Of a stretch of 64,000 nt of DNA, positions 31,131 to 41,746 are shown in pieces. The stretch spans positions 3,040,001 through 3,104,000 of the forward strand of contig CAXXJJ010000004.1 of the NCBI GenBank assembly GCA_963667015.2. Reading direction: 5' to 3'. The stretch is from Desulfatiglandales bacterium. Lineage in GTDB: Bacteria; Desulfobacterota; DSM-4660; Desulfatiglandales; HGW-15. Both the position numbers and the translations under genes were made by a program. The first letter of the stretch is position 1, and every line of letters begins with the position of its first letter. The notes under the pieces are model-generated. The model worked only from the letters and a program-made list of their open reading frames with translations. It searched no databases and was not told where the DNA came from.

Positions 31131-31505
31131 ATGGAAGAAAAGACAATGCTTAACACAAAGCAGTTGGCAGAATTTCTTCAAATCAATGAAAAGCACATAC
31201 CTGCAGTAAAAGTAACCGGGAAATGGCTTTTCCCCAAACACTTGTCGAGCAATGGCTCGACTAGCAGACCCTAAACCGACCCAGACCTTTACATAATCTT
31301 CCTCCCTACCATGGCCGGCTTATAATAACTGGAAGTAATGATTTACTGCTTGAAAGAACTATGTCTCTTTTTAATAAACAGTTCCCCGAGAATGCAGCTG
31401 TGTTTCTTGGCATGTTGCGGATCAATCCTTTTAAAGAACTGATTGAAAGCCTTGATGGATATGATTTGAGCATTACAGGTGAGGCAGTGTACTCTGAAAA
31501 ATAAT
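31131..31505 (+). pseudogene. Decayed excisionase-type HTH + periplasmic-binding-protein (oxyanion-sensing) regulator
   Basis: MEEKTMLNTKQLAEFLQINEK-HIPAVKVTGKWLFPKHL, then frameshift and stop, then IITGSNDLLLE and terminal LDGYDLS; large internal deletions. Confidence 0.7.
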
Positions 31506-31561
31506 GATAGGCTAATTCATTATAATGCTCATCAACATATTATACATGCATGAACGCGTTC

Positions 31562-31580
31562 AAAACCTGCAATCACTGCT
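31562..31580 (+). repeat. 19-bp direct repeat, copy 2
   Basis: Identical to 26487-26505. Confidence 0.75.
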
Positions 31581-32001
31581 GTGTATCCAAGGGTTTTTAA
31601 GGCCACTAAAAGTTGGGAAATAATTGATATATTTCAAACTCAGAAATAAAATTTCGATACAATACATTTATCGCCCGGACAGTCCTATCATCCAATCTAT
31701 TGATATTGACTGAAATTTACAGATCGATATGCAGGACAATTACCTGGATGATACAAGTATTGATATTTTCTCAAACCTTTATGTTGGTCTGCAAATGAGC
31801 GCCTTCCAGAAAATTTATCTTCATCAATATTTACCTGTATTTCTGAAGAACCTCTTCCAGAGATATCGCCTTTATTTACATTATGTTAATAGCGGGTATG
31901 TTACCAAAAGAATTATCCGGATACAGGCATCTGAAAAAAGGATTTAATCCATTAAATGCCTGAAGACTATTTGGGTTTATTTGCTTTTACTAACAGCCCT
32001 C

Positions 32002-34620
32002 TTACTCCACCATCAATTCGGAGACCAGCTCTGTAATATCGATAACCCTGATATTACCCCGCTCATCCTTTGGTATTGCCCTGGCTCCCTTTGTTAGATT
32101 GTCCTTGCATGCGGCACAGCCTGTAATGATCAGTTCGGCATTCACATCCAGTGCGTCTTTAATCCTTACTGATGCAATATCCTTAGCAAGATTGTGGTCG
32201 TTAGCCATGATAAGACCGCCGCCGCCGCAGCATCTTGAAAGAAGCCGGTTTCTTTCCATTTCAACAAAATCAACGCCGGGAATACTGTTTATGATATTCC
32301 TCGGCTCATCAAATATACCGAATGATCTCCCAAGGTCGCAGGGATCATGATAGGTAATCCTCTTTGAAAAACCTTCCTTCAGTCTGATCTTTCCTTCTTT
32401 GATCAGTTTTTCAAGGTAGTGGACAGCATGATAGACCTCCAGATCAAGGTCTCCATATTTTGCATAGAGCTTTTTGAATGCCTTGTAGCATCCCGCACAT
32501 GGGGTAACCAGCTCTCTGGCCTTTGTTGCCTTTATTCTCTCAACCATTTTTTTAACATGTTCCTTGAAATCATCAACAGCACCCATAAGGTAGAGAGGCA
32601 GGCCGCAGCATCCTTCATTCTCTCCCAGCACCGTGTAATCAACATCTGCAGCATCCAATGGCTTTAACAGACTCGGCACCATCTCCATATCGGAATAGCT
32701 GGGCACGCACCCCATAAAAAGCAGGGTTTCGGCTGTCTCCTTTAGCTCGCCGTTTTCAGCCATCTCTTCCAGCTCGGGAGTATACACCTCTATTCTTTCC
32801 TCCCTCGGGCTTCCGTATACATTCTCGGTTGAAAAGATATTCTTTCTGAGCGCCACAACGGGTTCCGATCCAAAGCCTTCCCTGAACAGTTTTTCCCTGA
32901 CACCCTGTACAATATCATCAACCTTTATCATTGCAGGACAGTAATAGGTACATGTCTGGCATGCAGTACAGGTATAAAAGGCCTCTGCCATCTCCTTTGA
33001 AGGCTTTTCTTCCCCGGTCATAAGGTAATATGCAAGTGTATTGCGCCCCCTTGCATTCCTTGATTCCCGATGCGTAATCCCGAATGTCGGGCACCCTCTT
33101 CTGCAGTAGCCGCACTGGATGCAGGAGATCACCTCATTATCGGTCTCCTCACCATATGAATCAACGGCTTCGGGGTTTTCCATGAACTGTTTATATGCAA
33201 AGTGATCAAGAATACCCGGGGTTGTTCCGTCATCATCCAGATTCATCTTCCCGGGATTTAGAATATTAAGAGGGTCAAGGGCCTTTTTGATACTCCTCAT
33301 CACATTGAGTCCCTCGCCAAGCTGCCTTTCTATATGGGGCGCCCTGGCAAGGCCTGTACCGTGTTCTGCAGTGACTGTCCCCCCGGCTGCCATGACCGCC
33401 TCAAAAAGTTCTTCCGATGCCCCCTTTACCTTGTCCCAGTCTTCCCTGCTCCTTACATCTGCAACAAAGGTTGTATGTATGTTTCCGTCACCGACATGAC
33501 CAAAGGAGGTTATAAGAATGTCATACTTCTTTGATATCTCCTGTGCCTTTTTAATGGTTTCCGGTATGCGTGTTGAGGGAACCCCGAGGTCCTCGGTAAT
33601 GGAGATCATGCGGTTTCCCGGTTTAATGCGCGAAAGGGTCGGGACCAGGCCACCCCTTGCCTTCATCATCTCTTCTCTTTTTTCGGGATCATCACTCCAC
33701 TGGAATTCCATGCCGCCGTGGCTGCCGCAGATCTCCTCCATTCGGGCCATATCCCTCTTTACAACAGGTTCTGCACCGTCAGCCTCCATGAGCAGCATTG
33801 CCTCTATTTTGCTGGTATCCCTTCCAAGGGCCTTTTCAACTGCCTTGAGGGCAAAGTTATCCATGATTTCACATGCGGCAAGCTTAATGCCTGTTGTTGA
33901 AATTTCCGTGACCGCCTCAACTGCCGAATTGATGTTGCCGAAAATGGCCATTGCAAGGGCGCTGTATTCCGGTCTGGGCAACAGCTTTACCGTAATTTCG
34001 GTTATAATCCCAAGCGTTCCTTCTGCCGCTGAAAACAGGTGTGTAAGGTCATATCCGAGGGATGTCTTGGGAGCGATGGTGCCTGTTTCAATGATCCTGC
34101 CGTCCGCAAGAACCACCTTTAACCCCTTTATATAATCGCGGGTAGTCCCGTATTTTACGGCCCTGTGTCCGCTTGCATTTGTTGAAACCATTCCGCCTAT
34201 GGTTGCGATAACCTCGCTGCCTGGATTCGGAGGAAACATAAGATTATCTTCCGCCAGTATCTTGTTCAGTGAATCGCATATAACCCCTGTTTCCACACGT
34301 GCATAAAAATCATTTTTATTGATTTCAAGGACATTGTTCATGAGATGAAGATCCAGGATCAACCCGCCCCTGATGGCAAGAACCGCCCCGGTTACACTTG
34401 TTCCTGTACCCCTTGGAATAACAGGTATTTTACGCTCGGATGCCAGTTTCATGATAGCAGAGACCTGTTCTGTGGTTGATGGAAACACTATGGCATCGGG
34501 AATTCCCTGATGAACAGACATGTCGCGCGAATAGCTTAAACACTCAACACGGTCACTGAATACATTATCTTTTCCGACTATTTCTTTGATTGAATCTATA
34601 TAATCCATTGATAACTCCAT
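32002..34620 (-). CDS. FAD-linked oxidase (GlcD/D-lactate dehydrogenase-like) fused to 4Fe-4S and CCG domains
   Basis: PRGTGTS, GHVGDGNIH, AEHGTG, CIQCGYC, CTACQTC, CCG and YHDPC motifs. Confidence 0.88.
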   Translation of the reverse strand: MELSMDYIDSIKEIVGKDNVFSDRVECLSYSRDMSVHQGIPDAIVFPSTTEQVSAIMKLASERKIPVIPRGTGTSVTGAVLAIRGGLILDLHLMNNVLEINKNDFYARVETGVICDSLNKILAEDNLMFPPNPGSEVIATIGGMVSTNASGHRAVKYGTTRDYIKGLKVVLADGRIIETGTIAPKTSLGYDLTHLFSAAEGTLGIITEITVKLLPRPEYSALAMAIFGNINSAVEAVTEISTTGIKLAACEIMDNFALKAVEKALGRDTSKIEAMLLMEADGAEPVVKRDMARMEEICGSHGGMEFQWSDDPEKREEMMKARGGLVPTLSRIKPGNRMISITEDLGVPSTRIPETIKKAQEISKKYDILITSFGHVGDGNIHTTFVADVRSREDWDKVKGASEELFEAVMAAGGTVTAEHGTGLARAPHIERQLGEGLNVMRSIKKALDPLNILNPGKMNLDDDGTTPGILDHFAYKQFMENPEAVDSYGEETDNEVISCIQCGYCRRGCPTFGITHRESRNARGRNTLAYYLMTGEEKPSKEMAEAFYTCTACQTCTYYCPAMIKVDDIVQGVREKLFREGFGSEPVVALRKNIFSTENVYGSPREERIEVYTPELEEMAENGELKETAETLLFMGCVPSYSDMEMVPSLLKPLDAADVDYTVLGENEGCCGLPLYLMGAVDDFKEHVKKMVERIKATKARELVTPCAGCYKAFKKLYAKYGDLDLEVYHAVHYLEKLIKEGKIRLKEGFSKRITYHDPCDLGRSFGIFDEPRNIINSIPGVDFVEMERNRLLSRCCGGGGLIMANDHNLAKDIASVRIKDALDVNAELIITGCAACKDNLTKGARAIPKDERGNIRVIDITELVSELMVE

Positions 34621-34784
34621 GATTTTTCCGGTTTTAAAATTTCTTTTTCTTTTTAAAAGAGCATATTTCAATAACATATTAAAACGGGAAAGTCAGCAGT
34701 TGTTCTGCTAAAGCCCTGAGAGTTGAGAGTAGTAGATATGATTATCTGGAAGGGGAATGAACTAATCACAAATAAAAAGCTTTT

Positions 34785-34902
34785 CTCTCACAGAGCTCGC
34801 AGAGGACACAGAGAAATACTTTTTACATTTCAATCTGGTTTTGCGCTTTGTTTTTCTCTGCGATCTCTGCGGGCTCAAGCGACCGAAGGAAGCGGGCGAG
34901 AG
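34785..34902. repeat. Palindromic REP-like element, family B (CACAGAG/CTCTGCG type)
   Basis: CTCTCACAGAGCTCGCAGAGGACACAGAGAAA ... TTTCTCTGCGATCTCTGCGGGCTC...GCGAGAG inverted repeat. Confidence 0.7.
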
Positions 34903-36015
34903 CTAAAAACGAACCGACTGAAACACCCTTCTGCCCTCGGGGATATCAATATCATTAATGGACACTGTCCCGGAGCTTCCGGAGGATATTTCCAGATTAT
35001 GGTGGCCTGCGTCCAGTGTTATCCGGACAAGCGTTAAATTACCCGGCAGGGTTTCCCACGACCGTGTATCAGCCTCTTCAAGGAGAAACAGCACCACCCT
35101 TGCCAGGAACTCACCGACCTCACTTTTTTCACCTATCTCCTGGGCAATGGCCTCCTTTGTCCCGGCCCTTATGGCCTGCCGGGTAAGATACTGTGCGGCC
35201 CGATCGTTCAGTGATTTTCTGGCCACATCACCCAGATTCGTTATAATCTCTTTGGTGGTAGCCGCCTCGCCGTCAGCATTTATGGTTACAGGTGATGCAG
35301 AATAAGATGAGGCATATCTCGGGATCGAAATCCGGACAGATGGGGGCACAACAATATCCTCTGAAACTTTTTCAGGAATACGTCCCTGAGCAATAAAAAG
35401 AACCAGTTCACCCTTACCCGGGACAATGGGCAGAGGCCTTAAGGGGTCACCACCCATGGCTTTGCTGAGCTCTTCATACTCTATGCGCGCATCATCCGGC
35501 AGATTCATATTTTCAAAACAGAGGGCAATAAGAGCCCTGGTAAAATAATCATCTTCCAGGGAATCAGGATAGGCGTCATACACCTCAAGCGCCTGTTTTG
35601 CCTCAACAAGGGCACTGTCATATCGGTGCTGAAGCAGAAAGTTCATCATGAGGAATGTGTGAACCCACAGTTTTTCACTGTATTCGCCCTTATAGGTGGC
35701 TGTCCTGTCATTTATAAGAATGGACGTGGACTGGTCCTTTATGCTTATCTGATCCTGATCCTTTATAAACCGTGAGGCCTCAAGCAGAACCTTTGTGCTA
35801 TTCTCATATTCCTTCATATAGTGGAGAATAACGCCCTTTTCCATATAGCATAAGAGCCGGTTCCTCTCCGATATACCGGTACACTCCCCTAAAGCATTGT
35901 CTGCCTGGGCAAGGTTTCCGGAAAAAAAATCCGTCCTTGCCCTTTGAAGAGGAACAGTTGCACATCCTGCTGATAAAAGGGCAAAGACTATCAGAAAATT
36001 TCTGATACGCATCAT
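34903..36015 (-). CDS. COG3014-like lipoprotein
   Basis: Lipobox SAGC; YKGEYSEK and ADTRSWETLP motifs; operonic with lpoB. Confidence 0.75.
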   Translation of the reverse strand: MMRIRNFLIVFALLSAGCATVPLQRARTDFFSGNLAQADNALGECTGISERNRLLCYMEKGVILHYMKEYENSTKVLLEASRFIKDQDQISIKDQSTSILINDRTATYKGEYSEKLWVHTFLMMNFLLQHRYDSALVEAKQALEVYDAYPDSLEDDYFTRALIALCFENMNLPDDARIEYEELSKAMGGDPLRPLPIVPGKGELVLFIAQGRIPEKVSEDIVVPPSVRISIPRYASSYSASPVTINADGEAATTKEIITNLGDVARKSLNDRAAQYLTRQAIRAGTKEAIAQEIGEKSEVGEFLARVVLFLLEEADTRSWETLPGNLTLVRITLDAGHHNLEISSGSSGTVSINDIDIPEGRRVFQSVRF

Positions 36016-36021
36016 CCGGTT

Positions 36022-36627
36022 TTACCAGCCAATAATAGGTTTTGAGGCTTCTCTTGCAAGCTCTGCCTGATCCACATAAACTATTTCACCTGTCTTCAGG
36101 TCTGTCATTGTAAGATCGAGGCTGTAGTAAATGCGTTCTTTTTTATAAAGGCGTATCTGTTTGGCCTGTTTACTTGAAATGGATCTTAACGTACCGCTGA
36201 GTATATAATCCGCGCCAAGCTGCCTGCCCTTTTCAATCCGCATGGCCGGGTCGACAAAACCCCCGTCCTGATAACTGGTCTCAGCCTGGATATTCTCTCT
36301 CTGGCGCTCATTTATAAAACGAAATCTCCCTGCCTGTATCAACCTCATTCTGATTGCATCAGTAATTCCTCCGGTGCTTATATGTTCGGAAGTTTCATTA
36401 ACGACAGGGTAGACAATCAGAATCGGTTTTTTTTCTACCGAAAATACCGGGGCTGCCAGCAATGGAGAAACCAGCCGTTCAACAATCTGATTCTTGTCTG
36501 AAAAGTCATAGCTTGCATCATAATGCATGTCATCCTGCGGATTAAGATTTTTAGTGGAAGCACAGCCTGACATGATTAAAAACAATGAAAATGACATCAG
36601 CACAAAAAATCGAATAATATTTTTCAT
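36022..36627 (-). CDS. lpoB: Penicillin-binding protein activator LpoB-family lipoprotein
   Basis: Lipobox MSGC; NETSEHI, GRQLGADYILSG and DLKTGEI motifs. Confidence 0.75.
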   Translation of the reverse strand: MKNIIRFFVLMSFSLFLIMSGCASTKNLNPQDDMHYDASYDFSDKNQIVERLVSPLLAAPVFSVEKKPILIVYPVVNETSEHISTGGITDAIRMRLIQAGRFRFINERQRENIQAETSYQDGGFVDPAMRIEKGRQLGADYILSGTLRSISSKQAKQIRLYKKERIYYSLDLTMTDLKTGEIVYVDQAELAREASKPIIGW

Positions 36628-36893
36628 AATACCATCTCCTTTAAATGGTGGTTGAGTTACTAAAATCGTTTTGATCCTGCCCCTGTGAAGGGCGTAAAAC
36701 AGTTAAGATGAAATGCATCAGGGCATTTCTAAAAAAGTTATAATAAAATTAAAAAAGGTTACTTTTAAAGCAATATTATATAACAGGCTGAATTGATATT
36801 ACAATTTCCATTTATGAGCATTATTTTATCCTGTTTTTATTTAGACAACCCAATACACAATCTTGTTCATTTTTTTAACATAGATTTAAAAAA

Positions 36894-36989
36894 TTATATG
36901 GTGCTTACTCCGCCATCAATTATGAGACCGGCGGCCTCCTCGGCACCTGTTACCAGCGCGGTCTTTCCATTCATGTTCTGTTCCATCAT
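36894..36989 (-). pseudogene. SDR oxidoreductase remnant (N- and C-termini fused by internal deletion)
   Basis: RBS GGAG then MMEQNMNGKTALVTGA-EEAAG-LIIDGGVSTI*; both termini match SDR consensus. Confidence 0.7.
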
Positions 36990-37086
36990 CTTCTCTCCCC
37001 GGGTGTAAATTAGAATGAGAATTTGAATTAAAGGTATAAATCTGTTAATTATCCTTCATGAATTAAATTATACTATCTGGGGTACT

Positions 37087-38214
37087 ATGGAAACAATGAG
37101 CAATTTCTGGGAACTTGTCAAGGATGTATGGCAGCAGGGTCTTTACGGCTTTGATATCAGCCGTATCGTTATCGCTGTTTTGATCTTCATCTTTTTTCTA
37201 TTTATCAGAAAATTCTTTTCACACCGGGTTATTCTCAGATTAAAGACCGTGGTAAAAAAAACCAAAACAGAGCTTGATGATGAGCTGCTTGAAATACTTG
37301 AGCAGCCCATTGCCTACATACCGGTCGTATTAGGTCTCTTTATCTCAACCCAGTACCTGGCCCTCCCCGAAAATTATGCTGATATCGCCAACCGTCTTGT
37401 CGAATCATTGATTGTCATAATAATTTTCTGGATTTTTGTAAAGATGGTGGAACCTCTCTCATTCCTGCTGCGCGGCCTGGAAAACATCTTCACGAATGCA
37501 ATGATAGTGTGGCTCATCAAGGCAATAAAAACAGCCTTTATTTTTATTGCCGCGGCGACCATCCTTGAGATTTGGGGGATAAAAATAGGTCCCATCCTGG
37601 CAGGCCTGGGCCTGATAGGTGTAGCCGTGGCGCTGGGTGCTCAGGATCTGTTTAAAAATCTTATTTCAGGGATTCTCATTATAGCGGAAAGACGTTTCAA
37701 CATTGGCGACTGGATCAAGGTGGACGGTGTAGTAGAGGGGACAGTTGAGGCCATAGGGTTCAGATCTACCTTTGTGAGGAGATTTGACAAGGCCCCTGTC
37801 TACATCCCCAATTCAAAGCTTTCTGATAATTCCCTGATTAACTTCAGCGCCATGACCCATAGAAGGATCTACTGGCTCATAGGCGTAGAATACAGCACAA
37901 CAATAGACATGCTGAAAAAAATCCGGGACGGCATCGAGTCATACATACTTGATTCAGATGATTTTGCACACCCTCCCGAGGTAGCCACATTTGTACGTAT
38001 TGATAAATTCAATGATTCGTCAATCGATATCATGGTGTACTGCTTTACAAAAACAACTGTATGGGGAGAGTGGCTTAAAATAAAAGAGGCCCTTGCCTAT
38101 AAAATAAAGGAAACCGTTGAAGGAGCAGGAACCGGGTTCGCGTTTCCAAGTCAGTCAATCTATGTTGAATCTTTTCCGGGAGAAAAGGCAGAGATATTTG
38201 TTCCTCCGTCTTAA
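37087..38214 (+). CDS. MscS-family mechanosensitive channel
   Basis: ALGAQD..KNLISG, GDWI, GFRST, IPNS and FAFPS motifs. Confidence 0.93.
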   Translation: METMSNFWELVKDVWQQGLYGFDISRIVIAVLIFIFFLFIRKFFSHRVILRLKTVVKKTKTELDDELLEILEQPIAYIPVVLGLFISTQYLALPENYADIANRLVESLIVIIIFWIFVKMVEPLSFLLRGLENIFTNAMIVWLIKAIKTAFIFIAAATILEIWGIKIGPILAGLGLIGVAVALGAQDLFKNLISGILIIAERRFNIGDWIKVDGVVEGTVEAIGFRSTFVRRFDKAPVYIPNSKLSDNSLINFSAMTHRRIYWLIGVEYSTTIDMLKKIRDGIESYILDSDDFAHPPEVATFVRIDKFNDSSIDIMVYCFTKTTVWGEWLKIKEALAYKIKETVEGAGTGFAFPSQSIYVESFPGEKAEIFVPPS

Positions 38215-38281
38215 GAATCCGGGGATTTTATACCGGATATCCATTACTGTAATGACAGGCCGGCCGGCAGATAATGAGAGA

Positions 38282-38932
38282 TCAGAATGGCCACCACCAT
38301 GGTCCCTCCAGTCGCTTCTGACATCCCTGGAGCTGTCTGCGGTAATAGGCCGCACGGCCAGCCACCTCATTCGCAGCCTTCTTTAACCACGTCTTGTTTT
38401 TATAGGTCCCCTGATTAAAACCATTTTGACCTTCATGGTAGGCAAGATAGAGGGCATAGGCATTATCCGGTTTTATCCCGCATTCCTTGTAGCTTTTGTG
38501 GTTGTACCACCCTATAAAATCAATGGCATCCTTGAACTTGTCCCGATCCGCACCGTAATTTCCTGTTTCACGTTTATAAATAGTCCACGTGGATTCAAGC
38601 GCCTGGGAATAGCCATAGGCCGTTGAAGGCCGGGGTCCCGGGATTATCCACAGAATACGTTTCCTGGGCGGTTTCACCTTTCTCTTAAAACTGGATTCCC
38701 TGTGCATCATTGACATCATGACTGGAATTGGAGATCCCCAGCGGCGATAGGCCCGTTTTGCGTCCTTATACCAGCCTCCCTTATCATCAAAAATATCACA
38801 GAGGTTTTTTGTATTTTTGGGTGGAGTTGCACAACTGCAAATAACAAGAGCAAGGCACAATAAAATAAGGCAGCACAAAAGGTGCCCGGTCAGCTTATAG
38901 AATCCTTTAACTTTATGATTGTTTTCCATCAT
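38282..38932 (-). CDS. SLT-family transglycosylase lipoprotein
   Basis: Lipobox CSC; RESSF, AYGYSQA and YLAYHEG motifs. Confidence 0.82.
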   Translation of the reverse strand: MMENNHKVKGFYKLTGHLLCCLILLCLALVICSCATPPKNTKNLCDIFDDKGGWYKDAKRAYRRWGSPIPVMMSMMHRESSFKRKVKPPRKRILWIIPGPRPSTAYGYSQALESTWTIYKRETGNYGADRDKFKDAIDFIGWYNHKSYKECGIKPDNAYALYLAYHEGQNGFNQGTYKNKTWLKKAANEVAGRAAYYRRQLQGCQKRLEGPWWWPF

Positions 38933-39094
38933 TAGAAATTAAATTCTCCTGTTAATAATAATCCGCACAAATACGGCTCCTCTTATTTTGAAAACCGCAC
39001 AGCATTACATAAGAAACTTACGAATGATAAAACATTAATAAAACATTAATAAAAATTTAACCATAAAATTCCAATTAAAATCAATAAGTTCCCA

Positions 39095-40480
39095 TCAGGA
39101 CAGTGCAATAATAAGAATAAGCATAAGAGAGCCGTTATTCATGGCATGAGCGGTCATGGATGCGATTGCCGACCCACGCCACTCACGGATCGCACAGAAA
39201 TTGAAACCAATGACACCGATTATCGGTACAGCAATCCAGCCCTGCGGATGCAGGATTGCAAATATAAAACCCGTTATAATGCCGGAGACTGCCCATGGGA
39301 GTGATCGCCGCAAGTAGCCATACAAGGCACCGCGGAACAGGGTTTCTTCCACGAACGGGGCATATACACTGGCCAGCAGGAATATAAAGAGGGGACTGCG
39401 GTTTAGCTCAAACACAACCGGATGGGAAGGGGTTGTACCGGTATGTTTGACAAGGATCATTACAATGATAAGCGCCCCAACCATAAGCGGCAGTCCGGTG
39501 ATGTAACCCACTATCCCTGCACCGACCTCTCTGAAGATTCCTTTTCCTCTGTGCCAGCCGATTGCTGTACGATATTCATTCCATTTCGCACCCCGAAACA
39601 GCGGCCATAAAATCGGCAGGAGACCTGCTGCAACGGACATCAGAATCCTTCCCTCAGAAAAACCGGGAACAATTAACACAAGCAGAAGGGGCAATGAGGT
39701 AGACAGTACAAGATAAATTGCAAAGGTCTCCAGCAATAAAACCCCGGGGGTTTCCGGCATCACCAGATTACTTTTAATTGTTCCCTTTATCCCCTTCACC
39801 ATAGTAATGATAAAAAGAATCACTCCGGCGATAAGAACTGCCACTGCTGCCATTGTCAGCAATCCCGCAAGCAGCACCAAACGAGAGGCGGACTGGAGAA
39901 CTGCCCGCCGTTCCGGATCAGTATCAGATTTATCCTGGCTTAAAGCCAGCCTGCCTACCCACCCATAGTCTTTGAGCACATTAAGCTCGGTTGAATCAAG
40001 AGAAGCACTCCCGTCATGATACAGCCTGTAAAATACCGGGAGGTTACTGCTGTCTGAGACACTGTCAGGGTCGGCTGCCATGCGATCGAGTTCCTTCATG
40101 GCAGCCTCTCTGCCGGATATCTCAGCCATGACAGGAATACCTGCAAGGTGCTTTTTGCCACCCTGATAATTATTTATCTGCTGCTCCATTTGATCGAGAC
40201 GGTTCTGCATCATGGGATTTTGTCCGGTCATCTGTTTGATGCCTGTAATATATTTTGCGGACAATTGAATCTGCATACCTGCAGCGGAATCATCATATGG
40301 TGCATCCGAACTTTTTCGGTAAATGGAAAATTGAATAAGAACAATAGCTGCAATGATAAAAAACCAGGAAACAGCTGCTCCCGTCTTGGATTGATTCATT
40401 TTCTTCTCCACGTCTTTCAGATCAGGCTGTGCAATATCATAATTTTTTTGTAATTTTCGGGAATCTACATCTCTTTTCAT
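39095..40480 (-). CDS. CPBP (Abi/CAAX) intramembrane metalloprotease
   Basis: EETLFRG, FAILH and AHAMNN motifs; likely start MKRDV. Confidence 0.85.
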   Translation of the reverse strand: MKRDVDSRKLQKNYDIAQPDLKDVEKKMNQSKTGAAVSWFFIIAAIVLIQFSIYRKSSDAPYDDSAAGMQIQLSAKYITGIKQMTGQNPMMQNRLDQMEQQINNYQGGKKHLAGIPVMAEISGREAAMKELDRMAADPDSVSDSSNLPVFYRLYHDGSASLDSTELNVLKDYGWVGRLALSQDKSDTDPERRAVLQSASRLVLLAGLLTMAAVAVLIAGVILFIITMVKGIKGTIKSNLVMPETPGVLLLETFAIYLVLSTSLPLLLVLIVPGFSEGRILMSVAAGLLPILWPLFRGAKWNEYRTAIGWHRGKGIFREVGAGIVGYITGLPLMVGALIIVMILVKHTGTTPSHPVVFELNRSPLFIFLLASVYAPFVEETLFRGALYGYLRRSLPWAVSGIITGFIFAILHPQGWIAVPIIGVIGFNFCAIREWRGSAIASMTAHAMNNGSLMLILIIALS

Positions 40481-40587
40481 ATCTTCTTTTCCTTGAATGA
40501 TCTTGATTTTTTTTTGATTTGTATTATGTAATAGGCAGCCGCAACAAATTAGATGCTGCATAATATAATTAATGAAAGGGTTTTACA

Positions 40588-41628
40588 ATGAGTTCTTTTA
40601 ATTATCCGATCCCACCGAGAGAGAATTACCTTCGGCTCATGAAAAATGAAGATCCTCAGTATCTGTGCCATGAACACATGTATACAAATGGTTTTTTCTT
40701 CGACCCTCTAATGCAGGCGTCCTTTCAGAGAGTTGAAGGAGGAATTACAAAAGACAGCTGGGGAGTATCATGGAAATGGATTAAAGGGCATGCCGCTGCA
40801 AATCCTTATATTACTGAAGAAACAAAGGTAATTAAAGATATCACCCAATGGGATAAGTATGTAAAGGTCCCATGGCCTTCAAAGGTGACAGAAGGCTGGG
40901 ATGAGGCAAGGGCCCGAGCGGACGCCTTTGATCGTGAAAACCAGATACTCATGTGCTGCTGTTTTGGCGGTCTCTTTGAGATGAGTCATATGCTTATGGG
41001 ATTTGAAGATGCCCTGATGAATTACCTGCTTGAGCCGGAGGCAATGACCGAATTTCTCACGGTTATTGCAGATTATAAAATTGAATATATGCAGGTGATA
41101 ATTGATAATCTCAATCCCGACATGGTCCACTTTCATGATGACTGGGGAAATAAAAGAAGTCTTTTCATGTCGCCTGAAACATGGCGCAAGATGCTAAAAC
41201 CCCATTACGAACGTATTTACGGATATATAAAATCAAGGGGTGTACTGATACAGCATCACGCGGACTGTGTTTGTGCGCCCATTGTAGAAGACATGATAGA
41301 TCTGGGAATTGATGTATGGCAGGGCATCATTCCGCAGAATAATATTGAAGAGGTACAAAAGAAGGTAAACGGCCGAATGGCCCTTCAGGGCGGAATAGAC
41401 GGTGCAGTATTTGACTTTGCCGAATGGAATGAAGATGATGTTCGGAAAGAGGTACGCCGCGCCTGTGACGACTATGTTCCTGCCGGCTATTTTATCCCAT
41501 GCATTCCAAATGGAGTTCCTCTGACCCCGGGGATCAATGATGTGGTAGTGGATGAAATAGACACATATGGCAGGGACTTTTTTACGCGGTTAAAGGAAAT
41601 TGACGAATGCAAAGTAAAGCAAAAATAG
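40588..41628 (+). CDS. Uroporphyrinogen decarboxylase / methylcobamide methyltransferase (MT2) superfamily protein
   Basis: DSWGVSW, MGFEDAL, HDDWG, FMSP, HADC and QGGID motifs. Confidence 0.8.
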   Translation: MSSFNYPIPPRENYLRLMKNEDPQYLCHEHMYTNGFFFDPLMQASFQRVEGGITKDSWGVSWKWIKGHAAANPYITEETKVIKDITQWDKYVKVPWPSKVTEGWDEARARADAFDRENQILMCCCFGGLFEMSHMLMGFEDALMNYLLEPEAMTEFLTVIADYKIEYMQVIIDNLNPDMVHFHDDWGNKRSLFMSPETWRKMLKPHYERIYGYIKSRGVLIQHHADCVCAPIVEDMIDLGIDVWQGIIPQNNIEEVQKKVNGRMALQGGIDGAVFDFAEWNEDDVRKEVRRACDDYVPAGYFIPCIPNGVPLTPGINDVVVDEIDTYGRDFFTRLKEIDECKVKQK

Positions 41629-41670
41629 TAATTAAGCGAAACATATTCCCTCCTTATTCCAGCTAATAAT

Positions 41671-41746
41671 AGTACGTCTCACAACCAATGCCGAAGATTG
41701 ACACCGAAATTGTGAAAAAGAGCCGTTTATGGATGGAAACCGACTA
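41671..41746. repeat. Right half of family A palindromic element
   Basis: ATTGTGAAAAAGAGCCGTTTATGGATGGAAACC identical to 4409-4441. Confidence 0.7.

Noticed and set aside
31729..31947. 72-aa ORF
   Set aside because: No RBS or motif; lies in an AT-rich decayed region and cannot be supported as a gene.
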